Assembly: GCF_006345805.1 (NCBI RefSeq)
Contig: NC_043024.1
Location: 1,302,001 to 1,366,000, forward strand
Origin: Octopus sinensis
Lineage: Eukaryota
Direction of reading: 5' to 3'
Length of the DNA: 64,000 bases
Position 1 is the stretch's first letter. Every line of letters starts with the position of its first letter. The position numbers and the translations under genes were made by a program. The notes below the pieces were generated by a model. The model worked only from the letters and a program-made list of their open reading frames with translations, was not told where the DNA came from and searched no databases. Shown here piece after piece: positions 49,601-64,000 of the stretch.

Positions 49601-52600
49601 AAAAATTGATTATATTATACCATTATTAATTATAAAAGAGCATCGTTACTGCTAAATTGGCAGAGATGGGCATGGCTGAGTAAAAAGTACAATAACTTGA
49701 ATTCAATCCCTGCTAGAGTGTTAATTTCCCCCCTTTTGTCTAGGGACTGTTTGACCCTTTGAAATTCTGGTTCCTCTGTCAAAAGTAATCTCTATTTATT
49801 CATATTGCTTTGAATTAATCCTGGATTATCTCGTAGCTTTGAGATTTCAATGATGGGATTGTTTACTTTTAGGATGACATTGTAGGGTAGGTGTGAGAGG
49901 CTGGATCTGGTCAATTTTAACTTCTGGCCATGCTGGGGCACTCCGTTTGTTGATGGTTCGTCTTCCGTATTACAGTCAGAGATAAACAGAAAGAAGGAGG
50001 AGAGAGAGAGAAACGTTTAGCAAACTAGATTTCATTCCTCCCTTTTTTTCTTTTACCCTAGTGACTTCTCTTTTCTATTCTTCTCCCCCCCCCCATTCCT
50101 TGCATCTCTGTGACTCGAACCCTTCACCATCCAGATCGCTCTCTCAACTCTGTCGCTTATTTATTCACGTTCTCTTCAATTAGTCGTGGATTATCTCATA
50201 GGTTGGAGATTTCAACGATGTGATTGTCTATTTTTAGAATGACATTGTAGGATAAGCGTGAGAGGACAGATCTGGCCATTTTAAAAGGCGAACCGGCTAA
50301 TCTTGCCTCCATCTCCTCAAAACTTAAATTCTGTAAAATAGATTTTGTGTGTATCTGGGTTAAGCCATCATCATCATCATCATCATCAGTTTTCCAGAGA
50401 CTGATGCTGTGTAATAAGGTGGGTGATTCAGTAACGTGTTCTGTGTTACCTCTTTGTTTGATAGTCACCCTCCGCTGCCCGTCTTCTGACCGTTGTCCAT
50501 CTTACAACTGACCGACCGTCTCTCTCCCTCTGCCTCTCTGTCTTCCTTTTTCCCCATCATTTACAAAGTCATCTCCAAAGTACTTCAGAGTACAAAGGAC
50601 CGATTGTTTTGTAACGATTTCCTCCTACAAGAGTCACCACTACCACCACCATCGCTCGTCTTGAATATCATCATCATCATCATCATCATCATGGCAGGAC
50701 AAATGGTTGAAACCAAGAGTACTGGGCTAAATGAAATGCCTTGTGGTGTTTTCTTATGTTCTAAGTTAAATCCCTACAGGGTTTCACATTGCCTTTCATC
50801 CTTCAGGGGTTTGATAAATCCTGGGGTCATTCGATTTGTTTCCCCTCCCCTAAAAATCTGTGTGCAGGAGTTGATAGAAAAAGTTGTTATAGGGATTGAC
50901 AGAACCCTTAATTAGGGCCTCGGACCAAATGCCAAGCAGCAGCTTTTCTTCCAGTTCTTTAAGTTCTGAGTTCAAATCCTGCTTACGTAAACTTTACCTT
51001 TTGTCTCTCCTGGGTCAATAAAACAAAGCACATCTCTCTTCATTTATCACAGATGTTTGGTTCTGAAATAACAGTGTTGAATGAATGATAGGATGTATGA
51101 GTAAAATAGGTTTTGTTCTGGGGACCCCTTCCTGTCCCCAAGTTGTCCTGAACATTGTGGATGGTCATTGGGTCATGATTTTGCAGGTCAAGCAGAAATC
51201 TTTAATTGATTGCTTACCTGTGCCATCACAGATCAATCTATGATAAACATAACATAGTTCACAATAGAGCAGATCAGTGATGAATGAAGCAGATCAGTGA
51301 TAAACAAAGCTGGACCTACCACTGAAAGACTCGGTTGAGGGGACCAGCTCAACACTGATCCCCAAATTTCTCACCTTGAGCCCATTTAAAAAAAAAATTG
51401 TCATCATTATATTCCTGTAATATTTAAACCCCACAGAGGTCAACTTTGGCTTCCATCTTTGAGGGGCTTGATAGAATAAACCACAGGGTTCCACACATTT
51501 GACCGTTTTCTCTCTCTCTCATCAGAACGTGACCCTTTTAGAAGCAGGGTCGACTTCACTTTTCATATTTTAGTGGCTTCATAAAATAAAGTACCAATAA
51601 CCTATTGGTGTCTTCAACTGTTGCCTCTCCTAGCAATCATTAACTCTAATTAATTGTCATCGTTAAGGCAGGATAGATGATGAGTGAAGACAAGAATGAA
51701 GTAATTTTTAAGCTTTGTCCCTCATGGTTCCAAATTCACTTTCATTATTGACTTTGCCTTCAATTTTTCTTTTTCTTTTTTCCCCTAAGGTGAATAAAAT
51801 ACCAGTTAAACACTGGGGTCCAATCAATCAAATCCCCCCTCCCCCCTTGTGCCTAAGAAAGCATATTATTATTATTATTATTATTATTATCTTTATGTCA
51901 ATAATAAAAGCAATGAGTTGCCAGAAGCGTGGTAGTGGTGGACCATTGTACTAAATGCCTTACCGTATTTAGATTTGTCTTCGTCTGATCTGGGTTCAAA
52001 TCCCACAAGGGTCGACTTTCAATTTCCATCTCCCCAACACCACAAAGGGGAATGGGGGGAGAGTTTTTATCCTCCCCTCACTCCTCTTCCTGTGCCAGCA
52101 TTGACCTTTGACCTTTGAAAACCATTGTCGTTGTAGCAGAAGTAGTAGACTGGTGAACTAAATGCCTTGTGGTGTTTAGGCCCCATCCAGCATCCCCCCC
52201 CCCTCTAATTCTTTCCTAACCACTGAGTGGAAATCTTTTATGCTTTTAGCAAAAGGTATTTTGAGACTGTGACACATTTTGTATCTGAAACTGTTTTTTT
52301 CTTACCTGAGGCTCTGTAATGAAAACACACCTGTCTTAATTAGATTGTCATCATTGTCCTATATTGACATTTACATTTTCACAGCTGCCGAAATAAAGCA
52401 GAAATTTGTGTGTGGCATCATTTATTTTGGTGCTGCAAGATGTGGGAGCGAACCCTGTCTTCAGTTTTTGGAAATGGCAGAATTGTGCAAATGCCCCAAA
52501 AAAACTACAATTGTATTTTGTAAACCAAAACGAGTGCGACATCATTTTGAGGCGCATGGCACCATTGGTACCCCGTTGCGACACGGAGAGGGAATGTTGG

Positions 52601-53293
52601 TTGCATATTCAGAGTTTAAATCCGACCCAGACTGATTTTTTTTTTTACTTTTAAACTTCTGCGGGAGGTGACTTAAAATAAGCACCCTTCATTTTCCTGA
52701 TGGCTAAACACAGAAACCCTTTTCCAAAAACATTTGTGGCCTCTGTGCCAATTTTAGAAGTTCTTATAATGTCACTCTGCTGGGGTTTGTTTTTTTTTTT
52801 TAAAGAAATCTATAAAACCATGATTGTTAACAAACACCATTCTGATTTTGTCACTCTCCACCACAGATGTCTAAACAATCCTTTAATATTCCTGTGACCC
52901 CAATGTGCCATTTTGTGCACTGACCCGTTCTGTGTCTTTGTGTATGTTTCGTGTTGTGTTCAATGCTAGAATCAGCCGGTTTCTCTCTCCAAGAGAAATT
53001 TTAAAGGCTTGAAGATGGCATTATTTTTCTTTTCTTTTTTCTTTTGAGAGACAAGGAGATGGGAAGTTGTGATATTTGTGCCTTTCCCAGAATTATTCAT
53101 TCAGTAACACATGTAAAGTGGTTTCAACCAGGTCAACTGGCCATCACTGCCTACTAGTCCTGTAGTTGTAAAAAAAGTATTTGGAGAGACGACGTGAGAA
53201 GCATTTCTCTATTATCCGACCATAACTTAGCCTGTTGCCCTGTCTGACCCTTCTGTTGTGGCCTTTAGTTTAATCTCTCTCTCGGTTCATCTT

Positions 53294-53329
<36 letters not shown>

Positions 53330-53831
53330 GATTTCTACCAGCAGCACCACCCAGATTGCCACCACCACCACAACCACCACCACCACAACCACCACCACCA
53401 CAACTACTAGCAATGCCATCAGCACCATTTCTGACTCAACCTTCAAAAAACTCTCACATCCACCACCACCTATCCGCACCATTTATCCGAATACTCTCCC
53501 ACACCTCACCAATGCCACCTCCCCCCACAGCACCCAGCACCAACCACACTCTGTATGTAAAAGCACCGGATTTTCAAAATATCTCAGTAGAAGATAGTTT
53601 TCAATTCTTTCCAAACACTCTGTATTGCCAGTTGAGGTGGTCAGCTCAGAAATTTGTCTTGCCTTTAAAGACACCTTTTTTTTCCCCCCTCCTTTTCTGT
53701 CTGTGTGTCTGTGTGTGAATCCTTGGGATTGTCTTGCTGGGCTATTTTTGTTCTTGTATATTTAGTTTTTATTTTACTTTATTTTTTTTTAGATGTTTCT
53801 TGTTTCTTTATTATTATTATTATTATTATCG

Positions 53832-53867
<36 letters not shown>

Positions 53868-53868
<1 letters not shown>

Positions 53869-54085
53869 GGTGGTGAGTTGGCAGAATCGTTAGCTCACCG
53901 TGTGAAATGCTTAGCAGTATTTCATCTGTCTTTACGTTCTGAGTTCAAATACCATTGGGGTCGACTTTGCCTTTCATCCTTTCAGGGTAGATAAACCAAG
54001 AACCAGTCACACACTGGTTTCATGTAATCAACTAGTCCCTTCCCCCAAAATTGCAGGCCTTGTGCCTATAGAAGGAAGGATTATT
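53868..54085 (+). mobile_element. Full-length SINE family A copy between (TTA)n tracts
   Basis: Complete head, central domain and ggccttgtgcctatag..gaaggattatt tail. Confidence 0.85.
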
Positions 54086-54552
54086 ATTGTTATTATTATT
54101 ATTATTATGGCTGCCTTGAGGGGCCTCATTGTTTATTTTCTCATTTTTAAACAGTTTTAATTTAATTCGTTGGCTGCTAGAATGGCTGTGTGGTTTAAGA
54201 AGTTGGCCTCGCAACCCCTGGGTTTGATCCTCCTGTGTGGCACCTTGGGCAGGTATGTTCTCGAAATAACCTCAATTAATGGAATTCAGTAGATGACAAT
54301 ATCTGCAAGTTCATCAAATATACACATACACACGTGTGTATGTGTATGATACATGTATGTATAGCTGTGTTTATGTTTCCACTGGTGTTAGAAAGTGTAA
54401 CCTAGCCTGGCACTTATTGCTGGGGTTGGTAAGAGGGACTGAAACCCCATCAGGTCCACGCTTGTCCTATGATTGAGCTCAGCAAAAACCAATATGTCCT
54501 TCTATTGTTTCTTTAGTAATTTGTTTTAAGTTTTCCTTTTATGTTTTGTGGT

Positions 54553-54990
54553 GGCATCATCAGTGATGTTTCTGGGGTTTTCGGGTTCTTCAACATCAGA
54601 CCCTCCCATGTAGGGGATTGATCAAGTCCCAAAATGCATCCCAATAGCAGCAAACCACTGGTCTGTCCTCTTTGTCCAAAACCACTTAATGGCCTCTTCC
54701 TCGGCAGTTTTTTTGGTTCTAGAATTTATAACCCTCGTCTTTGTTGCACCAGTAACTCCAAGCTCACTCAGAGCTTTGCAAAAACAACCCCCCAATCAAT
54801 AACTCGAAGGCCTACTCCTGCCAGCCCTGATTTTTGCACTACTCTACCAGCTCCTGGTATTTTGCCAACGTTACTCTCCTGAGCTTCCTCCATGTGTTCC
54901 TCCCGGGGCACAGTTTTCCACACAATCACCCATTTGGTGGAATTTGAGAAGATCCCTATGTCTTGGTAGAGTATTGTTGGTACAGTGTCA
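54553..54990 (-). mobile_element. Decayed 3' end of an RLE-type (HERO-like) non-LTR retrotransposon
   Basis: Minus-strand frames: PTILYQDIGIFSNSTKWVIVWKTVPREEHMEEAQE / LAKYQELVE*CKNQGW / CKALSELGVTGATKTRVI..TAEEEAIKWFWTKRTDQW, matching the PD-(D/E)xK restriction-like endonuclease C-terminus (RPDI..ELTVPWE..K..KY). Frameshifts and stops present. Confidence 0.75.
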
Positions 54991-55089
54991 TCTGGGGCCA
55001 AGGAAAGTGTACGAGCCTCACCTTCCCTTAACATCAGTCACCCATTAAAATTTGTTTTAATGGCAATTCCATTGATCCTTTTTCAACAA

Positions 55090-55335
55090 GCCACATAGCC
55101 TGGGGGTCAGGCTGTTGGACTCACAATCCGAAGGTGGTGGTTTCAATTCTAGACACTGGACGATGCCTTTGTATTCTTTAGCAAAACATTTCATTTCACA
55201 TTGCCTCAGTCCATTTGGCTGTAAAATGAGTGACCCTGCAAGGGACTAGCATCCGTTCCAGGGGCAGTGTTGCGATTTCAGTCACTTATCCATCGTGGAA
55301 ACAGGGTAACCACCCCTGTGAGTCCTGGGGCCGGC
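55090..55335 (+). mobile_element. Old tRNA-derived SINE with a family B1-like tail
   Basis: tRNA-like head (ggactcacaatcc..ggtttcaattc); tail cctgcaagggactagcatcc..ccagggg..ggaaac similar to 1478-1545. Confidence 0.55.
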
Positions 55336-57886
55336 TGCAATAACATGCAGGGGTCAGTAACGCTGATATTTTTAGCATGTTTAAATATTATCAATTTATT
55401 TATAACGAGTAACAAAGTTACCTTTAGATGTGTGTCCCACAACTTCCTTTCACTGTAAGGATTGTGTATTACTTAACAGACAACTCCCTACCCCTAGACA
55501 TTGGCCCCTTAAATAAATGAACACTCAGAATTCTTTAAAAAAAACTGCCTACTGTGATTTCTGTCATACAAAAAGACCCTCTTTGATTTGATAACTGTGA
55601 TGTGATCCCTTTTATCTAAGGAGCAGTATTTTCTATAGCCCCTCACTTGTGGTGGTGGTCATTTTTTTTAAGGAAATATAGATAAAAAAAAAACAAGGAA
55701 CCCTTATAAAATATAAAATACCTTTATTGTTAAAGGGTTTCAAGCTGAGCTCTTTGTGTGTGTGTGTGTATCCATTTCTTTTCTCTTAGCGGCTGGTAGT
55801 AGCAGAAGCCATAGCAGTAGCTGTCCTTGTTTTTTTAACCCTAGGCCATTCCTGATTGAGCAGATGTGGTCAGAGACATTCCTCTTGTGACCATATGGCA
55901 GAGGGTTCTTAAGGAGTCTGCTGCCAGTGTATCCTTTCCTCATTGAAGAATGGTGGGGTGTGCTTTGAGGGAGATGCAGTTGTGTTTTATAGAAGGCCAA
56001 GCACCAGGGCCCTTTCTTGTTGGCTAACAACAGCAGCAGCAGTAGTAGTAGTAGCAGCCATCAGTGTTGGGGGGGGGGGGTTACATGCATAGTATAGAAA
56101 ATGTGTTTCTCCGTCTTGAGAGAAAGATTAAGAAAAAAAACAAGCATAATGTTTGTCTCAGTGAAATATTTCAAGGTTCAAACCAGGAAAGGGAAGATTC
56201 CTCTGCACTTTGGCAGGAGTTTGGAAGTGTTGTGACACAGTGGCCAGGGGAGGGGCCTGAGTTGGCGGGGGAACGGAGTGTAGGACAGTCAGGGCAGACA
56301 CGAGATCCAATGTATCTCGAAACCTATTACCCCACCCCCACCAGGGACCCTCTCTATAACTTTCCAGAAAAATATGCCTCACTGGTGGTTGGGAAAAAAA
56401 CCGACTTTATTTTTAATATTTTATCACAAAAGAATCCGTAGGAACTCTTTTCTTGAGTAAGAAAGTAAAAAAGGAAATACTTTTAATGAGAACCGTCTTA
56501 TGCCAGGGGACAACGGCACCATGCCCTACCACAATTTTCCCTGGCCCCACCCATCAGGCGTTGGGCCCCTTGCTGGGAATCACTGCACTAGACATTCAGG
56601 CTTAATCCAAGGTTTTCTTTTTTTTTCTATTATACTATTGTTTTTCTTTTCTTTTTTTCTTTCAAATCTTGTTTTATTTGGTTAAGTTCTGTTCTGTGTC
56701 TGGAGTTAAGTTCCGATGTGTGTGTCTGGCGGCGGCAGTCTGTCCGTCTGTCGAGGCTCAGAGCCAACCTGCAAGACCAGGATTCGGTTCCTATTCCCTG
56801 TTACCAATTTGGTGCTAATTCTTTTAGGAAAAGGCATCAATACTTTTAAGTTCCGATTATGCCGCCACCATCCTCTCTGTCCCCTTCCTTGCCTAGAAAA
56901 ACGATTGGGATGGGGTCATTATGGTGCCTATGAAAAAGGGATTGACTTTAAGGATTTTATATTAAAACAGAATTTTTTACTTAATGACAAACAAAGGCGA
57001 AATCCTGACTGAATGAAACTGAAAGAGAATTGTTTTCCATTTTTGCTTGTTTATTTTTAAAAATTGTTTTGAAGAGAAAACCCTATTGTTGGGGGTAAAA
57101 ACCCCTTCAACTTGTCCCATCTCAAGACATCATATAATTTGTTATTTGTTTTTTTTTTTTATTATTAGTGGTGCCCCTCGAGTGTGAGTGGAGGGTGACG
57201 TTACACTCGATGTTTATTGGAGCAGAACTGAAGGCATCGTCTGTTTCTTCTCAAATTTTCTCTCGGTTTTTTTTTTGACATTTTTCTTTTTTTTTTTAAT
57301 TGTTTTAAATGATTAAATACTGTACAAAGTTTGTAAAATACACAAAACCCCTGCATTTTTGGACAAGGGACAATTTCTAAACATACAAAAAAGAAGAGGG
57401 GTGAGGAAAAACAAAAAAAAAAAGGAAGAAAAAATATTTAAAAAAAAACATGGCATTTGTATGTTTTATTGTTGTTGGACTGATTTGAAACCCTGGCCCC
57501 TGGACTTATTTGTTGATGGGGTAATTTGAAACCTGGGTTTATTATTTTCTTCCTGAAATATTTTGAAAATCAAAACAAAAAAAGAATGCTTTTGTAATTT
57601 TTTTTTTTTAATTCTTTCCTCTGAAGTTATTTAAAACAGATTCAAGGGAAAAAAAAGACAATTTAGTTCATTCCAGCTAATTACAGTTAAATAAAGCTGT
57701 GGTAAGTTGTTAATGAGGTAAGCTAACGAAGTGCTCCCTAAGTTATGGTGAGACTGTGACTCCACCATATGGAACTGAAGTCTTAGGAAAAAACTGAGGG
57801 TTTGTAATATCGAAGGGATTCGTGATTCTCCACCAGTGACAAGGTGCCACAGTAAGTGAAATTATTATTATTATTTTTATTATTGA

Positions 57887-58890
57887 GGCAGTGAGTTGGC
57901 AGAATGGTTAGCACACCAGGTAAGATGCTTTGAAGCATTTCATTTGTCTTAACGTTCTGAGGTCAACTTTACCTTTTATTCTTTTGGGGTCAGTAAATTA
58001 AGTACCAGTTGTGTACTGGGGTTTGATGTAATCAACTAGTCCCCTCCCCACAAATTTCAGGCCTTGTGCCTATAATAGCAAGGATTATTATTATTATCAT
58101 TTTTAAGATGGCGAACTGGCAGAATCGTTAGCATGCTAAAGGGAAAGCTTAGTATTTCGCTCATCGCTACGTTCTGAGTTCAGATTCTGCCATGGTCGAC
58201 TTTGCTTTTATCTGAATTGCTGGCCTTGTGCCAAAATCTTAAACCATTATTATTATGTGAGGCAGAGAGAGAGAGGCTGGCAGAATGGTTTAGCATTGCC
58301 AAGCAAAATACTTAGTGGCATTTCGTCTGTTTTTATGTTCCGGGTTCAAATTCTGCCGAGATTGACTTTGCCTTTCATCCTTTTGGGGTTGATAGAATAA
58401 GTACCAGTTGAACATTTGGGGGTCAATGAAATCGAGTCATCCCCTCCCCCAAAATTTCAGGCCTTCTGCCTTTAATAGAAAGCGCAATTATTATTAATAG
58501 GGTGGCAATCGTTAGGGGTCCCAGGTGAAATGCTGCCAAGCAGTTCCTCCTCTTTTATATCTTGAATCCAAATTCTTCTGAGGTTTTTTTTTATAAATTT
58601 TGGTAGAGTGGTGGTGGGAGGGTCCACGTAATCAACCAGCCTCACCCCCTTCCCAAAATTTCAGGCCTTGTGCCTAGAGTAGAAAAGATTGTTATTACCG
58701 AAGGCAGAGAGGGGCTGGCAGAATTGCTTGCTGGCTTTAGGTTCCGAGTTCAAATTCTGCTGAGGTCACTGTTGCCTTTTATCCGTTCGGGATTGATTAA
58801 GTAAAGTAGCAGTCAAGTCCTGGGGGTCAGAGCAATCGACTTTACCCCAACCCTCAAAGTTATTTTGGTTTTATGCCTAAATTAGAAATT
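57887..58890 (+). mobile_element. Head-to-tail array of ~5 SINE family A copies
   Basis: Heads at ~57887, 58108, 58275, 58500 and 58712, with (ATT)n spacers. Confidence 0.8.
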
Positions 58891-59005
58891 ATTATTATTA
58901 TTATTATTGGGGAGAAATATTCACAGAATCATCAGAACATCAAAGTTCAATTAAATTCTGCTGGGAATCATGGTATTGTCTTACCCTTCTCCTCCAATTT
59001 ACTGG

Positions 59006-59047
<42 letters not shown>

Positions 59048-59386
59048 CACACACCAGATTTATATATATATATTGTATTTGTTACCTGAGGGGTGGGGCT
59101 AGAGCGGGTCCCTCCTTTTCAATTGACAATGCTCAAGAGTCGGTGGTTGTCAATGACAACTGGCCCTCCCATAGGTTACAACAATCAACAGATCAGTCTC
59201 TGGTCATGAAATTTACGTGCAGGTGGCTGAGTACTCCACAGACACTTGTGTACCCTTCACGTAGTTCTCAGGGAGATTCGGCATGACACAACATGTGAGA
59301 AGGTTCGTCCCTTTGAATTACAGGCACGACTCCTTCCTGTTTGCCGGCTGAGTGGACTGGAGCAACGTATATACATACATACACAT

Positions 59387-59654
59387 ACATACTTATATAT
59401 ACATACATACATACACACGTGGCCCCAGCATGGCCACAGCTCAAGAGCTGAAACTGGAAAACAAACATACATACATACACATACATATATATACATACAT
59501 ACATACATATATATACATACATACCTATACATACATACATATACATACATATATACATACATACATACATATATACATACATACATACATGTATACACAT
59601 ACATACATAGATACATACATACGTACATACATACATACGTACGTACGTACATAC

Positions 59655-59685
<31 letters not shown>

Positions 59686-59969
59686 CATACATATATAGAC
59701 ATACATACATACATATATATAACACATACATATACATACACACATACATATATAATATACACACATATATATATATATATATACATACATACATACATTA
59801 TATATCATAGATACATACATACATATATAGCAATATATACATATATATATATATACATATATATATATACATATATATATAATTATACATATATATATAT
59901 ACATATATATATATACATATCTATATATATATATACATATATATATATTACATATACATATATATATAC

Positions 59970-60026
<57 letters not shown>

Positions 60027-60125
60027 CTATATATATATACATATATATATATACATATATATATATACATATATATATATACATATATATATATACATAT
60101 ATATTATACATATATATATATATAC

Positions 60126-60156
<31 letters not shown>

Positions 60157-60559
60157 CATATATATATACATATATTATACATATAATATAATATATATAT
60201 TACATATATATAATACACATATATATATTACTATATATATACATATATATATACATATATATATACATATATATATACATATATATATACATATATATAT
60301 ACATATATATAGATATATATATACATAATATAGATATATATATATACATATATATAGATATATATATATACATATATATAGATAATATATATACATATAA
60401 TAGATATATATATATACATATATATAGATATATATATATACATATATATAGATATATATATATACATATACATATATATAGATATATATATCTACATATA
60501 TATATATATATATACATATATATATACATATATAATATACATCTATATATATTATATAC

Positions 60560-60622
<63 letters not shown>

Positions 60623-60829
60623 CATATATATATATAACTACATATATAATACATATATATATATACATATATATATATACATATATATATATATACATAT
60701 ATATATATACATATATATATATACATATATATACATATATATATACATACTATATATATATACATATATATATATATACATATATTATATATACAATTAT
60801 ATTATATATACTATATATATATATCTAAC

Positions 60830-60877
<48 letters not shown>

Positions 60878-61357
60878 TACATATATATATATTATACATA
60901 TATATATCTATACATATATTATATATATATACATATATATATATACATATACATATATATATACATATATATATACATATATATATACATATATACATAT
61001 CATATATATATATATATATACATATATATTACATATATAACATATATATATATACATATATATATACATATTATAATACATATACATATATATATACATA
61101 ATATACATTATATATTATACATATAGATATAATATACTATATATATATACATATATAGATAATATATATATACATATATATATATACATATACATTATAT
61201 TATACATATACATATATTATACATATTATATATAACAATATACATTATATATATATATACATATACATATACATATACATATATAGATATACATATACAT
61301 ATATATATACATATATATATATACATATATATATATATACATATATATATATACATA

Positions 61358-61404
<47 letters not shown>

Positions 61405-61510
61405 ACATATATATATATATAATCATATACATATATACATATATATATATACATATACATATATATTAATATCATAATATACTTATATATATAATTAATA
61501 CATATACATA

Positions 61511-61546
<36 letters not shown>

Positions 61547-61585
61547 CACATATATACATACATAATATATATACCATATATATAC

Positions 61586-61616
<31 letters not shown>

Positions 61617-61902
61617 CATTCACATATATACAACATCATATATACACACATACATATATATACACACATACATATATATACACAACATACATATATATAA
61701 CACACATTACTATATATACATTATATACATACATATATATACATATATTATACATACATATATATATTACATATATAATACATACATACACACACATACA
61801 CACCACACACATACACACACACACATATACACCCACACATACACACACATACACATATACACACACAACACACACATACATACACACACATACACACACA
61901 CA

Positions 61903-61941
<39 letters not shown>

Positions 61942-61949
61942 TACACACA

Positions 61950-62041
<92 letters not shown>

Positions 62042-64000
62042 ACATATATAACATATACTATATACATACATATACATACATACATATAAATACACACATA
62101 TACACACATATATATATTACACACATATATATATATACACATATATATATATACACACATATATATACACACATATATATATATATATACACACATACAT
62201 ATATATATGCACACATACATATATATATATATTATACACACATACATATATATACACACATACATATATATACACACATATATATATATATACACACATA
62301 TATATATATACACACATATATATACACACATATATATATACACACATACATATATACATACATATATATATACATATATATATACATACATATATACATA
62401 TATACATACATATTATACATACAATATACATATATATACATACGATATATACATACATACATACAATATTATATATTACATACATGATATATACATACAT
62501 AATATACTATACATATATATATACATACATATATATATACATACATATATATATACATACATATATATATACATACATATATATATACATACTATATATA
62601 TACATATATATATACATATATATATATATACATACATACATATATACATACATATATACATACATATATACATACATACATTACGATACATACATATATA
62701 TAATATATATATATACAATATATATATAATATATATACATACATTAATATATATATATACATACTATATATTATATATATACATAATATATATATAATAT
62801 AAATACATATATATATATATATACATACATATATATTACTATACATATATATATATATATACATCATATATATATATATATACATACATATATATATATA
62901 TACATACATAATATATATATATATACATAATAACATTATATATATATACATACATATATATATATACATACATATATATATATATACATACATATATATA
63001 TATATACTACATATATATATATACATACATATATATATAATACAACATATATATATACATACACATATATATATATAATACACATATATATATACATAAC
63101 ATATATATATACATACATATATATACATATATATATATAATACATACATATTATACATATATATACATACATACATATATACATATATATACATACATAC
63201 ATATATACATATCTATCATAATACATATCTACATAATATATACATAAATACATATATACATACATATATATATACATCATATCATACACATATACATATT
63301 ATATATATTACATACATACATCCATATATACATACATCCATATATATACATACATATACATATATACATCCATATATATACATACATACATCCATATATA
63401 TACATATATATACATACATCCATATATATATATACATATACATCCATATATATATACATATATATACATACATCCATATATATATACATATATATACATA
63501 CATCCATATATATACATACATATATATACATACATCCATATATATACATACATATATACATACATGCATACATACATGCATACATACATACATATACATA
63601 CATACATATATATACATACATATACATACATACATATATATACATACATATACATACATACATACATATACATACATACATATATATACATACATATAGC
63701 CATACATACATATATATACATACATACATACATATACATACATACATAATATATATACATACATACATACATATATATACATACATAAACAATACATATA
63801 CATACACACACACAACACCACATACATACAATAACACACAACATACACACATACATATATATATATATACATACACACAATACATTACATACATACATAC
63901 ATCACATACATACATACATACATACACAATACATACATTATATATACATACACACACATATATATATACATACACACACATATATATATACATACACACA
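59387..64000. repeat. >4.6-kb compound microsatellite (TACA/TA/TATATATACA/CA), running off the window
   Basis: Directly visible; all ORFs here are Y/I/V/C/M or H/T repeat artefacts. Confidence 0.98.

Noticed and set aside
52279-52654. Overlapping 80-120 aa ORFs in non-repetitive sequence
   Set aside because: No recognisable domain or exon boundaries; ends in a SINE remnant.
53328-53718. Pro/Thr-rich ORFs
   Set aside because: Derived from a (CCA)n microsatellite; no supporting splice structure or domain.
59246-63999. Long ORFs of 150-300 aa
   Set aside because: Translations of TA/CA/TACA microsatellite (Y/I/C/V/M or H/T repeats); no coding signal.

Overview
AT-rich eukaryotic genomic DNA, dense in microsatellites and SINEs. 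The repeat families look cephalopod (Octopus-like); this is an inference from recalled repeat types. The only host protein-coding gene I can support is the 3' half of a + strand RBMS1/2/3 (Drosophila shep)-family RNA-binding protein. It has 7 GT-AG coding exons from 739 to 15312 (843 nt, 280 aa + stop, all phases consistent), starting at RRM2. These are followed by a probable 3'UTR intron and a non-coding last exon starting near 17505. The rest is non-coding: several tRNA-derived SINE families, fragments of RTE, CR1/L2 and RLE (HERO-like) LINEs, mariner/Tc1- and piggyBac-type MITEs, minisatellites, local duplications and a >4.6 kb TA/CA/TACA array at the right edge. Most notable observations: minimal type I hammerhead-ribozyme motifs (one intact-looking at 47143-47225 on the minus strand, one at the tail of a tRNA-headed SINE-like element inside an RBMS intron, plus half or degenerate copies); long fold-back elements sitting in (TA)n tracts in the intron and 3' region; an extreme strand bias of the commonest SINE; and candidate alternative-splicing features of the gene. 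All RNA folds were paired by eye, not computed. Almost all entries in the ORF track are spurious.
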